Part shown: positions 49,221 to 58,213 of the stretch, piece by piece
Layout of the letters: the number at the start of each line of letters is the position of its first letter
How positions within the stretch are numbered: position 1 is the first letter of the stretch
Assembly: GCA_965205655.1 (NCBI GenBank)
Contig: CBDBIJ010000035.1
Location: 1 to 58,213, forward strand
From: Candidatus Latescibacterota bacterium
Lineage (GTDB): Bacteria > Latescibacterota > UBA2968 > UBA8231
Length of the DNA stretch: 58,213 nucleotides
Reading direction: 5' to 3'
Notes under the pieces: model-generated
Databases searched by the model: none
What the model was told of the DNA's origin: nothing
The model's input: only the letters and a program-made list of their open reading frames with translations
Made by a program: the position numbers and the translations under genes

Positions 49221-51134
49221 GTGAGCCCGATCTCGACAACTCGACACTGGTCAGCTGTGGCCGCCTTCGGCATCAGCCTCATCGTCTACATCCTGACATT
49301 GTGTCCGTCGGTCTACGTAGAGGGTACCGGCGAGCTTATCGGGGCGGCCTATCTCCTCGGCACGGCGCACCCGACTGGGTACCCACTTTTTTGTCTATTC
49401 GGCCGACTCGTGTCCGTCCTCACCCCTTTCGCCAGCCCTGCATATTCCGTCAACCTGGCCTCGGCTCTGACCGGGGCTCTCGCCGTCGCCAGTCTGGCCG
49501 TCCTGCTGCGCTCCCGAGGCGCGAACAGCTGGTCATGCCTCGGCGCCGCGCTCGGCTTCGCGTTCTCCTCGAGCTTCTGGAGTCAGGTCGTCATCGCCGA
49601 GGTGTACGGATTGAGTCTATGCCTCATCGGCCTCGGGCTGTGCGCCGGTCTGAGGGCGATAGAGCGAGGGAACCGGCGTCATTTCCTACTCACGGCCTTC
49701 CTGTGCGGTCTCGGCCTCACGGCGCATCTCAACCAGATGCTGATTGTTCCGGGACTGCTTCTCCTTGTGCTCTGCTACTGGTATCGGGGACGGTCGAAGT
49801 GGCGCCATTCCACGATGATCCTCGGCATCTTACTCGGGGCCGCCGGATACAGCTCCGCTCTCTACCTGCCCCTCCGGGGTGGCCGGGGACCCGGCTTTCA
49901 CTGGGGTTCTCTCCACACTTTCGAGCTTGTTCTGGAGCATCTCACAGCTGCGAGCTACACATCTTCCTTCTTCCTGCCGCCCTTCGAGGTCGCAGCGTCC
50001 AACGCCGGCCGCTGGATAACGCAGATGGTCAGCGAGTTCCATTTCCTGCTCGTGCCCCTGGCCCTCTGGGGTGCGTTCGTCGCCTGCCGTCGGGATGGCG
50101 CTGCGGCCTTTGCCGTGGGCAGTGCCGTCCTCCTCAATCTCGCCGCTGTGCTGACATACCATCGCGATCCGAACGGTTTGGGCGTTTTCTTCCTCGTCAG
50201 TGTCCTCGGGTACGCCATTTTTCTAGGGTACGGAATCGAGGATCTCGGCCGGCGATTCACGGCGGCGAACCCGTCGGTGGCTGCCGTTCCGCGACTGCTG
50301 GGTCTTCTCGTTCCGCTGGTCGTAGTGGTCGAAAACGGGGAGAAGGCAGACCGCAGCGACAACTGGATCCCTCACCGGTACGGCGTGGAAATCCTCGAAC
50401 AGCTTCCGTCGAGGGCGATTCTGTTCACCGAGGGTGATGACGCCAGCTTCGCGGTCGATTATCTCCACAGAGTAGAGGGAATTCGGCCCGACATCGATCT
50501 CTTCAATCGAATGGGGCGTGGCACCGATTTGCTCGCCGTCGGGGAGGCTAGTCTGCCACCAAAACAGCGGGCGAAAATTCGGCGCCAGAAGGAGGGCGAG
50601 CTCATGCGTCGATCGGAGACGTCCGGCAGACCTGTGTTTTTCATGTTCGCGCGAAGAATGCCGGCGGAGGGATTCGCCTTCGTCCCGGTGGGACATCTCT
50701 ACCGAGCGGTTCGTGAACGACCCTCGGGTGCACCTCTTCAACTACTGGCGCCAGATGTGCCCTTCACTATGGAAAACGCCGAGCGCGAGGATGTTTTCAC
50801 AGACCCGTGGGTCCGCAAGCTCCAGGCGAACTACTGGTACATGCTGGGGGAGAGGCAGGCTTTCGACGGCCATCTATCAGAGGCTCAAGCGTCTTATGAG
50901 CATGCCGCCCGGGTCGGCTCCGATTCGCGTACAATTCGTTACAATACGGCCATCATTTTCATGCGTCGCAACCAGTTAGACAAGGCATGGTCGCATCTGC
51001 AGGCCGCCCTTAGGCTCGATCCGATGCAGTCTGAGTTCTATCGTCTCGGAGCAACCATCAAAGGCCGGCAAGGTCGACATGTGGAGGCTCGCGAACTGCA
51101 CAAAAAAGCAGTTAAACTCCGCCGAATTCCTTGA
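49221..51134 (+). CDS. DUF2723 / TMEM260-like GT-C membrane glycosyltransferase with C-terminal TPRs
   Basis: TLCPSV...GEL...LGTAHPTGYPLF, FWSQVVIAEVY, LYLPLR and TEGDD, followed by TPR-like helices. Confidence 0.85.
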   Translation: MSPISTTRHWSAVAAFGISLIVYILTLCPSVYVEGTGELIGAAYLLGTAHPTGYPLFCLFGRLVSVLTPFASPAYSVNLASALTGALAVASLAVLLRSRGANSWSCLGAALGFAFSSSFWSQVVIAEVYGLSLCLIGLGLCAGLRAIERGNRRHFLLTAFLCGLGLTAHLNQMLIVPGLLLLVLCYWYRGRSKWRHSTMILGILLGAAGYSSALYLPLRGGRGPGFHWGSLHTFELVLEHLTAASYTSSFFLPPFEVAASNAGRWITQMVSEFHFLLVPLALWGAFVACRRDGAAAFAVGSAVLLNLAAVLTYHRDPNGLGVFFLVSVLGYAIFLGYGIEDLGRRFTAANPSVAAVPRLLGLLVPLVVVVENGEKADRSDNWIPHRYGVEILEQLPSRAILFTEGDDASFAVDYLHRVEGIRPDIDLFNRMGRGTDLLAVGEASLPPKQRAKIRRQKEGELMRRSETSGRPVFFMFARRMPAEGFAFVPVGHLYRAVRERPSGAPLQLLAPDVPFTMENAEREDVFTDPWVRKLQANYWYMLGERQAFDGHLSEAQASYEHAARVGSDSRTIRYNTAIIFMRRNQLDKAWSHLQAALRLDPMQSEFYRLGATIKGRQGRHVEARELHKKAVKLRRIP

Positions 51135-51159
51135 CGCAACACACGCTGAAAGTTAGTTT
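51131..51159 (+). promoter_or_regulatory. sigma70-type promoter TTGACG-N17-TAGTTT
   Basis: Upstream of the PTS IIA gene. Confidence 0.5.
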
Positions 51160-51187
51160 GCCCGCCCCCCGCCACCAAGGGTAGCCG

Positions 51188-51646
51188 ATGGAGAAATGGG
51201 ACCGCATCCTGACCGCAGATCACGTTATCGTCGAGCTGCAGTCCGAGCGCAAGTGGGATGCCATCCGGGAGCTGACGGCGGTACTTGAAGGCGATGATGC
51301 AGTCGGCGACCTCGATCAGTTGCGCGCAGATGTCATTCAGAGGGAGCGCGAGAGCTCGACCGGCATCGGTAGGGGGGTGGCCATACCGCACGCTCACGAG
51401 GACAGCATCCGGCGCGAGACGCTCGCTCTGGGGATTTCCAGGACCGGCATCGAGTTCGACGCCATCGACGGCGAGCCCGTGCACATCGTCGCCCTGTTGG
51501 CCACACCGCGGAAGCACCAGAAGCGGCGGATGGAGCTGCTCGCAGCGCTGTCGCGACAGCTGCAAAACGAGGCGGTCCGCTCCAGTATTCTGAGTGCAAC
51601 GGATGCAGAGGGGGTTATTGACGCCTTCGCAAATCCTGTTAATTAA
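51188..51646 (+). CDS. PTS IIA domain protein (fructose/Ntr type)
   Basis: RERESSTGIGRGVAIPHA and FDAIDGEPVH. Confidence 0.92.
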   Translation: MEKWDRILTADHVIVELQSERKWDAIRELTAVLEGDDAVGDLDQLRADVIQRERESSTGIGRGVAIPHAHEDSIRRETLALGISRTGIEFDAIDGEPVHIVALLATPRKHQKRRMELLAALSRQLQNEAVRSSILSATDAEGVIDAFANPVN

Positions 51647-51652
51647 ATCCGT

Positions 51653-51700
51653 TGCAATCAGTTACGGCACTTATCTGAGAATAGTCCTTATCTGATTGCA
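51653..51700. repeat. 48-bp imperfect palindrome between convergent genes
   Basis: TGCAATCAGTTACGGCACT ... AGTCCTTATCTGATTGCA. Confidence 0.65.
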
Positions 51701-51745
51701 TGGCGGCGAACCAGTTTCGTCAGGATCAGTAGCGAGGCCGGGTTG

Positions 51746-53128
51746 TCATCGCAGGGTGCCGAGCAGGGTGTGGGAGGTGGCGCGTTCGATCCGCACGTGG
51801 ATGAGGGAATTCGGCTCGCCTGCCTGCGGAAACACAACTGTTTTGAAATGGCGTGAGCGGCCGAAGGTGCTGGCCCGGCCGTCGGCCGATTTCCGCTTCG
51901 ATTCACCCTCCACGAGGACCTCGACTTCACGGCCTACGAACTCTTCGTTGATCTGACGCGAGATCCTTTCCTGCAGACGAATGACATGCTCGAGCCGCTC
52001 CCCCTTCACGGACTCCGGTACATCGTCCGGTATGCTTCGGTGGGCTCGGGTTCCGGAACGTTCAGAGTACTTGAACATGAAGGCCGAGTCGTAGCGAACC
52101 TCCTCCATGAGGTCGCATGTCAGGCGAAAGTCTCCCTCCGTCTCGGCGCAAAAGCCCACCATGATGTCGGTGGTTAAGGCCAGGTCGGGAATCGCGGCTC
52201 TCAACTTGCCCACGAGCTCGAGATACTCCTCAACGGTATAGCCCCGCCGCATGAGCTCCAGCTGGTCATTCGAGCCGGACTGGATTGGCAGATGAAGGGC
52301 AGGGCATACCTGGGGTAGCTCTGCCATCGCCTCGACTGTGCGGTCATTGAAATCCTTCGGATAAGGCGACGTAAAGCGAACCCGCTCAATACCCTCCACG
52401 GCTGATACCGCGCGCAGCAGCCCGGCGAAGTCCATTTCTCCATCATTGTAGGAATTAACCGTCTGTCCCAGCAGAGTGATCTCGCGAAAACCCTCGGCGG
52501 CGATGTTTTCGACTTGGCGGAGAATCTCGGATGCATCGAGACTGCGCTCCCGCCCCCGTACGAATGGCACGATACAAAAGGAGCAGAACTTGTCGCACCC
52601 TCTGATGATAGTCACCCAGGCGTTCGTGCCGGTCTTTCTGGTGGGCTCCACCCCGATGTAGCTCTCCGACCGGCTCAGGCTCACGTCGAGAAGAGTTTCG
52701 TCGGCGGACTGGGCGAGCGCAGCCGGCAGTCTCCGGTAGGAGTCCGGACCCATGACGAGATCGACGAAGGGCGCTCGTTGTAGCAGCTCCTCGGCCAGAT
52801 GCTGCGCCATGCAGCCGAGAATGCCGATGGTCAGCGACGGATTCCGCTGGCGGAGCCCGTGGAGTTGGGCGGCGCGGCCGAGGACCCGCTCCTCCGCATT
52901 GTCCCGAACCGCACAGGTGTTGATGAGAATGATGTCCGCCCGCTCAGGTTCCCCCACGATCCGGTAGCCGGCATCCCTGAGCAGGCTGGTGACGAGCTCG
53001 GTGTCGGCGACGTTCATCTGGCACCCGTAGGTTTCGACATAGACCGAACGGTCCGTTGCGTTGCCCGGGGCCAGGGGCGGGGAGTCCTCAATGGCGAGCA
53101 GATGGGGAGTTGCCTGAGTGGAGCTCAT
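51746..53128 (-). CDS. miaB: tRNA-i6A37 methylthiotransferase
   Basis: TYGCQMN, NTCAVR, GCMAQ, GCDKFCSFC and a TRAM domain. Confidence 0.95.
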   Translation of the reverse strand: MSSTQATPHLLAIEDSPPLAPGNATDRSVYVETYGCQMNVADTELVTSLLRDAGYRIVGEPERADIILINTCAVRDNAEERVLGRAAQLHGLRQRNPSLTIGILGCMAQHLAEELLQRAPFVDLVMGPDSYRRLPAALAQSADETLLDVSLSRSESYIGVEPTRKTGTNAWVTIIRGCDKFCSFCIVPFVRGRERSLDASEILRQVENIAAEGFREITLLGQTVNSYNDGEMDFAGLLRAVSAVEGIERVRFTSPYPKDFNDRTVEAMAELPQVCPALHLPIQSGSNDQLELMRRGYTVEEYLELVGKLRAAIPDLALTTDIMVGFCAETEGDFRLTCDLMEEVRYDSAFMFKYSERSGTRAHRSIPDDVPESVKGERLEHVIRLQERISRQINEEFVGREVEVLVEGESKRKSADGRASTFGRSRHFKTVVFPQAGEPNSLIHVRIERATSHTLLGTLR

Positions 53129-54471
53129 GCGGCCAGCGGCTCTGCGAAAACGACGTCTTCCCGCGCGCGCCTCACGCGGACATCGACGAATTCGTTCGCA
53201 ACGTGATCGGCGCCTGCCGGACCGCGGTCCGGGTCAAAGAGCACCTTGACGTAGTTGTCGGTCAGCCCCGTCGCAAGGCCGGTCGCCCGGTCACTGCGCT
53301 CTTCGACGAGGACGCTGACCGATTGGTCGATGAATCTGCGGTAAAACTCCAGTTTCTTGCTCCGGCCCATGGAGATGAGTCGGCGCGCTCGGTCGCGCTT
53401 CGTCTCAGGCGACTGGTGATGTCGCAGACGCTCGGCCGGTGTGCCGGGACGCGTGGAGTAGGAGAACACGTGCAGATAGGTCAGCGGCTGGGAGGCGATG
53501 AAGTCTGCAGTGCTGTCGAAGTGTCCCACCTCTTCGCCGGGAAACCCAACCATGACGTCGGCGCCGATGGCGCAGTCCGGTATCTGACGGGCAACCTTCT
53601 CGACCCGCTCGGCGTAGTAGGCACTGGTATAGCGCCGACCCATGCGCTTGAGGATCTCGTCGTCACCGCTCTGCAACGGGATGTGGAAATGGCGGCAGAG
53701 CTTGTCGGACTCGCAAGCGTGATCGATGAGGGCATCAGTGACGCAGGCCGGCTCGACTGAGTTGAGTCGAATGCGTCTGAGCCCGGCGATGCGGTCCAGC
53801 TGCTGCAACAAGCCAACGAGCGAGTCCTCGCCGTCTGTCCCGGCTCCGTAGCTGCCCGAGTGCACGCCGGTGAGGGCGAGCTCGCGGTATCCGGCTTCCA
53901 CCATGCTCCGGGCCTGCATGACTACCTCGGCCGAGGGCCGGCTCACTCCGACACCGCGCACGGACGGTATTATGCAATAGGTGCAATGTTCGTCGCATCC
54001 ATCCTGGATTTGCAGGGTGCCGCGCGTGCGTCCATGCCTGACGAGTCCATCGATCTCGAGAAAGCGATCGGTCCGCGGCCGCTTTTCGGGATCGAGCTGA
54101 GGCACCGATCCCCCGGACAAGAGAGCCTCGACTGCGTCGAAAAGTCCCGCCTTGTCCCCATTGCCCACGACGAGGTCAGCCCCCGCCTCGCTCAGTTCGT
54201 CGGGACGTCTCTGGGCATAGCAACCGGTTGCCACGACCGTCGCCCCCGGGCTTTGCCTGCGGGCGCGGCGCACCGCCTTGCGGGAGTCGGCGTCACCGGC
54301 GCCGGTGACCGTACAGGTGTTGATGACGTAGATGTCCGCCACCGCCCCAAAGGGAACGGTATCGTAGCCGCCCCCGTCGAATCGATGTTGCAGCGCCTCG
54401 ATTTCGTACTGGTTCAGCTTGCAGCCGACGTTCCGAAAGGCGACGCGGCGTTTGTCAGCGTTGAGTGCCAT
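53125..54471 (-). CDS. mtaB: tRNA-t6A37 methylthiotransferase
   Basis: GCKLNQYE, NTCTVT, GCYAQ and IQDGCDEHCTYC. Confidence 0.93.
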   Translation of the reverse strand: MALNADKRRVAFRNVGCKLNQYEIEALQHRFDGGGYDTVPFGAVADIYVINTCTVTGAGDADSRKAVRRARRQSPGATVVATGCYAQRRPDELSEAGADLVVGNGDKAGLFDAVEALLSGGSVPQLDPEKRPRTDRFLEIDGLVRHGRTRGTLQIQDGCDEHCTYCIIPSVRGVGVSRPSAEVVMQARSMVEAGYRELALTGVHSGSYGAGTDGEDSLVGLLQQLDRIAGLRRIRLNSVEPACVTDALIDHACESDKLCRHFHIPLQSGDDEILKRMGRRYTSAYYAERVEKVARQIPDCAIGADVMVGFPGEEVGHFDSTADFIASQPLTYLHVFSYSTRPGTPAERLRHHQSPETKRDRARRLISMGRSKKLEFYRRFIDQSVSVLVEERSDRATGLATGLTDNYVKVLFDPDRGPAGADHVANEFVDVRVRRAREDVVFAEPLAA

Positions 54472-54504
54472 GCGATTTTGTCCGGATAAACCCGTGATTT
54501 AGCT

Positions 54505-54533
54505 AAACTAACGACCGGGTGGGGCAAGGGCAA
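54505..54533 (-). promoter_or_regulatory. sigma70-type promoter TTGCCC-N17-TAGTTT for mtaB-miaB
   Basis: Hexamers and spacing read directly. Confidence 0.45.
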
Positions 54534-54536
54534 AGT

Positions 54537-56873
54537 TTACGCCGGCTCCAAATTGGCATAGGCGACGACGATCTTTCTCGGGCGACCACTCGCGAAGCGG
54601 ACGGTCAACTTGGTGCGATCGCCACTGCCCTCGCGAGCGACAATTTGCCCGCGGCCAAAGGAGTCGTGGAGCACCCATCGGCCAACAACCAGCATGTCGT
54701 CGGAATCGACATCGCCAGACATGGAATCGACGTCTGCTTTGACGGCCGCAGACGGCTCGTCCCACTCGTAATGAACGCCGACCCCGTCGGCCGCTTTAGT
54801 CCCCGCACTGAGGCCTGCCTCCGCACCCTCCTGCGGGTGCCCTCGTGGCTCGGACGATCTCCGGGGAGCCCGCCGGCGCCGCCTCGCCAGACGCTGGTTC
54901 AGCTCCGATTCCATACCGAGCTCGGGTTCGCTATATCGGTGGAGCAACTCTGTGGGGAATTCGCTGATGAATCGGGAGGGTTCGGATTCCTGAATCGCGC
55001 CAAAGGTATAGCGGCAGCGGGCTCGAGTCAGCAGCAGATGACGACGGGCTCGTGTGATGCCCACGTAGAGCAGGCGCCGCTCCTCCTCGATGGCGGACTC
55101 GTTGAGCCGGCTTTCTTCGATGGCGCGGGAGGTGGGAAAAAGACTTTCCTCCAGTCCGGAGATGGCGACGACGGGAAACTCGAGTCCCTTCGCCATATGT
55201 AGAGTCATCAGGGTGAGCGACTGGCGATCTTCCTCTGTCTCGTCCTGGGGGGTCATGAGCGCGACCTCTTCGAGGAAGCTTTCCAGCGTTGCATCCTCCC
55301 GGGTTTCGGCAAACTCCGTCATGCGAGCCAGGAGCTGGCCGAGGTTTTCCTCGCGCGCCTCTGCTTCGGGTGAATCCTCCGATCTCAGCACATCCAGGTA
55401 GCCAGTCTGCTCGAGAATCTCCGCGGCCACCTGAGGCAGCGCCAGCCCACGATCAAAGAGCCCGGATCGAAGCGAGTTCCACAGCACCCGAAACGATTCC
55501 AGACTCTTGCGTGATCTCGAATTCAGGGTCGCGATCTCTTCCAGTTCGTCGAGAGCGGTCAGCAGATTGACTTCGCGGCTTGCCGCGTACTCCCGCAGTC
55601 TGTCCACGGTAGTCCCTCCGATGCCGCGCTTGGGAGTGTTTATGATGCGCAGCACGCTGACTTCGTCAGACGGGTTGACGAGGACCCGAAGGTAGGCGAC
55701 CAGGTCCTTGATCTCCTTGCGCTCGTAGAATCTGATGCTGCCGACGATGGTATAGGGCAGGCCAGCCCGCTGCAGCTCCTCCTCAAACGGTCGCGACTGG
55801 GCGTTCGTGCGGTAGAGGATGACGGCGTCGCCAAGCGACAACCCCTCGCTGCGACACAGATCTGCCACCGTGGAAATGGCGTGGCGCGCCTCAGATCGAT
55901 CGGTACTGAAGTCGGCGAGCTGGATGAGCTCTCCGTCGCCGACATCCGTCCACAACTCCTTCCCCACACGTCCGCGGTTGTTTCGGATGACGGCGTTTGC
56001 CGCCGCCAGAATATGACCAGTGGAGCGATAGTTCTGCTCCATCCGCACCGTCACAGCCTCTGGATAGTCCGATTCGAAATCGAGGATATTGCGAATGTCG
56101 GCACCGCGAAACTGGTAGATTGATTGGTCATCGTCACCGACGCAGCAGATGTTGCGATGTCTCTGGGCCAGCTGTCTTGCGAGCAGGTACTGGGGGCGGT
56201 TCGTGTCCTGATATTCATCGATGAGGAGGTAGGAAAAGCGGTCCTGATACCTGGCCAGGACATCGGGATGTCGATCGAACTGGCGCACCGGCTCGACGAT
56301 GAGATCGTCGAAGTCGAGGGCGTGGTTTCGGTGCAACTGCTGTTCATAGGAGAGGTACAGCGTGGCGATCTGCATGCGGCGAGGATTGCCGGCCGCATCG
56401 CGTTCGAACTGGTCCACGTCGATCATGGAGTTCTTGGCGCGGCTGATCTGACCCACAACCGCCCGAGGGGAGAGGTCCTGTTCGGATATCCGCTCTGCGT
56501 CCATCACCCTGCGAATGAGTGAGCGCCGGTCATCCTCATCGTAGATGGTGAAATTCGGATCGAGTCCGAAGGGTTCGGCCTCATAGCGCAGGATTCGAGC
56601 GCATATCGAATGGAAGGTGCCGATCCATACGCGATCGGCCCGTCCGCCGACCAGCTGCTCGATCCGCTGCCTCATTTCGCCAGCTGCTTTGTTGGTGAAG
56701 GTGACGGCCAGAATGTTCCACGGAGCCACGTCGAGATCGCGAACGAGGTGGGCCACCCGATAGGTGAGTGCCCGAGTCTTGCCGGAGCCGGCCCCGGCCA
56801 GCACCAGCAGTGGACCCTCGACGTTCTCGACAGCTTCTCGTTGCGCGGGGTTGAGATCGTCCAGAAGCGACAT
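54537..56873 (-). CDS. pcrA: ATP-dependent DNA helicase PcrA/UvrD
   Basis: AGAGSGKT, VTFTNKAA, DEYQDTN, NYRST, KGLEF and EERRLLYVGITRA, with a C-terminal Tudor-like domain. Confidence 0.96.
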   Translation of the reverse strand: MSLLDDLNPAQREAVENVEGPLLVLAGAGSGKTRALTYRVAHLVRDLDVAPWNILAVTFTNKAAGEMRQRIEQLVGGRADRVWIGTFHSICARILRYEAEPFGLDPNFTIYDEDDRRSLIRRVMDAERISEQDLSPRAVVGQISRAKNSMIDVDQFERDAAGNPRRMQIATLYLSYEQQLHRNHALDFDDLIVEPVRQFDRHPDVLARYQDRFSYLLIDEYQDTNRPQYLLARQLAQRHRNICCVGDDDQSIYQFRGADIRNILDFESDYPEAVTVRMEQNYRSTGHILAAANAVIRNNRGRVGKELWTDVGDGELIQLADFSTDRSEARHAISTVADLCRSEGLSLGDAVILYRTNAQSRPFEEELQRAGLPYTIVGSIRFYERKEIKDLVAYLRVLVNPSDEVSVLRIINTPKRGIGGTTVDRLREYAASREVNLLTALDELEEIATLNSRSRKSLESFRVLWNSLRSGLFDRGLALPQVAAEILEQTGYLDVLRSEDSPEAEAREENLGQLLARMTEFAETREDATLESFLEEVALMTPQDETEEDRQSLTLMTLHMAKGLEFPVVAISGLEESLFPTSRAIEESRLNESAIEEERRLLYVGITRARRHLLLTRARCRYTFGAIQESEPSRFISEFPTELLHRYSEPELGMESELNQRLARRRRRAPRRSSEPRGHPQEGAEAGLSAGTKAADGVGVHYEWDEPSAAVKADVDSMSGDVDSDDMLVVGRWVLHDSFGRGQIVAREGSGDRTKLTVRFASGRPRKIVVAYANLEPA

Positions 56874-56900
56874 TGGGTCGGAGGCTGCGGTGGCGGGATG

Positions 56901-57941
56901 TCAGTTGGATTGAAGTCGCGAGCGACGCCGCTCCCGTCTGATCGCTCTCTTCGCGGCCACGTGTTCCTTATTTGTACGACTGAACTTGTGGGTGCCGTCG
57001 CCACGAGCCACGAAGTACAGGTAGTCGGTATCGGAAGGGAACAGGGCGGCAAGGATTGATGCTCGACCAGGGCTGCCGATCGGTCCAGGGGGCAGTCCAC
57101 GGTGGATGTAAGTGTTGTACGGCGAGTCCACCTTCAGATCTTGATTGGTCAGTCGCTGTTTGTGGACTCCCAGAGCGTATTCGACGGTCGCGCAGGACTC
57201 GAGTCGCCGGTCGAACCCGAGCCGTCGCTGGAAGATGGATGATATGATCGGCCGCTCGTTCTCGGCGACTGCCTCCAGCTCGATCAACGAGGCAAGCGTT
57301 ACCGCCTCATGGAGCGACATACCCATCTCATCGAGACGCTCGAAAAGACTGTCGGTGAAGACGCGAAAGAACTGATCCAACATGGCCGCGATAATTTCTT
57401 CCTCCGTGGCGTCCGACTCGAAGAAGTAGGTCTCCGGAAACAGATAGCCCTCCAGATCCGATGCGTTGAGACCAGTGCGTTTGATGAAGTCACCATTTTC
57501 GGTCAGCGACAGGAAGCGGGAGGAGTCGACGAGACTGAGGCTCGCAATCAGGCCGGCCGTCTGGTGGCGGGTGAGACCCTCGGGGATCGTCAGCCGTTCC
57601 AACAGCAGCGGCGCCTTCAGCAGACTGCGCAGAATCTCATCCGTCGAGCTGCTACCGCTCAACTCGTAGATGCCGGCCTCCAGCTGATGAGCGGTGCCGC
57701 GCAATCGAGCCAGACACTCGAAGGCGATGGCGGATCGGATGAGCCCCTGTTTAGCGAGGATATCTCCGATGTGTCGCGCCGTCATTCCCGCCTCGATTTC
57801 CACCTTGGCTGCAGCAAGCCCGGTGGGCCGATTGAAATACCACAATCCGGTCGTGAACGCGGCGACCGCCAGAGCGGCGGCGAGAGCGGCGATCGCCGCC
57901 AATAACAACACCGACCAAGTGTTCCGAACGTGTGCGGACAT
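56901..57941 (-). CDS. mltG: Endolytic murein transglycosylase
   Basis: N-terminal TM, LTIPEG, LEGYLFPETY, LASLIELEA, SPYNTY..GLPPGPI and YLYFVA. Confidence 0.95.
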   Translation of the reverse strand: MSAHVRNTWSVLLLAAIAALAAALAVAAFTTGLWYFNRPTGLAAAKVEIEAGMTARHIGDILAKQGLIRSAIAFECLARLRGTAHQLEAGIYELSGSSSTDEILRSLLKAPLLLERLTIPEGLTRHQTAGLIASLSLVDSSRFLSLTENGDFIKRTGLNASDLEGYLFPETYFFESDATEEEIIAAMLDQFFRVFTDSLFERLDEMGMSLHEAVTLASLIELEAVAENERPIISSIFQRRLGFDRRLESCATVEYALGVHKQRLTNQDLKVDSPYNTYIHRGLPPGPIGSPGRASILAALFPSDTDYLYFVARGDGTHKFSRTNKEHVAAKRAIRRERRRSRLQSN

Positions 57942-58074
57942 GAACAGATGCGAAGCGTGCCTACGAGGACTCGTCAGCGCCTAGCGGGCCAGCGGCCGGG
58001 GATTACCAGGTGCTGCAGTGCATGAGTGGGGTGGTTGGTACTACCGGAATGCAGAGGAATCGGGCGTCGAAGTG

Positions 58075-58103
58075 ATGGTACAGGCGAGCACGACCTCTGT
58101 CAA
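58075..58103 (-). promoter_or_regulatory. sigma70 promoter TTGACA-N17-TACCAT upstream of mltG
   Basis: Perfect -35 with a 17-nt spacer. Confidence 0.7.
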
Positions 58104-58150
58104 GCATCCAGCTCCTGCGACGTGCCAGCGCAGGCAGGCTGATCGGATGG

Positions 58151-58213
58151 CTATCTCCTGAACAGCCGCAGAAAGAACTGATGAATACCGGCGTTGAGGG
58201 GCAGGGGTTGGAC
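58151..58213 (-). CDS. Possible 3' end of a gene entering from the right edge (VQPLPLNAGIHQFFLRLFRR*)
   Basis: Open frame from the window edge to TAG at 58151. Too short to identify. Confidence 0.3.
   Translation of the reverse strand, partial: VQPLPLNAGIHQFFLRLFRR

Noticed and set aside
51746..54471. miaB and mtaB in tandem as a novel system
   Set aside because: Both are standard tRNA methylthiotransferases, and adjacency alone is unremarkable.

Overview
58-kb GC-rich bacterial chromosome segment. The host is probably a diderm of the FCB/Latescibacterota-Gemmatimonadota type, inferred only from a FlgD/T9SS-like sorting tail, an OM beta-barrel and gene content. The left 24 kb is a decaying accessory region. 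It holds the 5' half of a group II intron with its RT, six IS256-family elements (three lineages, one nested in another) and several truncated or frameshifted genes. It also holds an Npt1-like nucleotide transporter, a Tat-lipoprotein sulfite-oxidase-family enzyme beside an OM barrel, an indolepyruvate:ferredoxin oxidoreductase and an IS-truncated MamK-like actin. The rest is mostly core. It has a pterin dehydratase-queE-ABC transporter operon divergent from folE and a large S8 protease, an orphan fliN, and a sigma54-driven groES-groEL whose GroEL ends in a His tail, divergent from a 620-aa unknown protein. An SDR gene is split by an IS1595 carrying a passenger gene. A heptose nucleotide-sugar operon (epimerase, hddC-like, hddA, gmhA, transaldolase) is divergent from two GT-C membrane glycosyltransferases (YfhO-like and DUF2723/TMEM260-like). 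PTS IIA, miaB, mtaB, pcrA/uvrD and mltG close the window. No rRNA, tRNA or CRISPR was seen. The main observations are the MamK-like remnant, the specialised chaperonin module, two (probably three) CTG starts, the heptose/GT-C glycosylation locus, short tandem duplications ending inside -10 boxes, and an RBS-sequestering hairpin kept in two IS256 lineages. All family calls are motif recognition by eye, not database searches.
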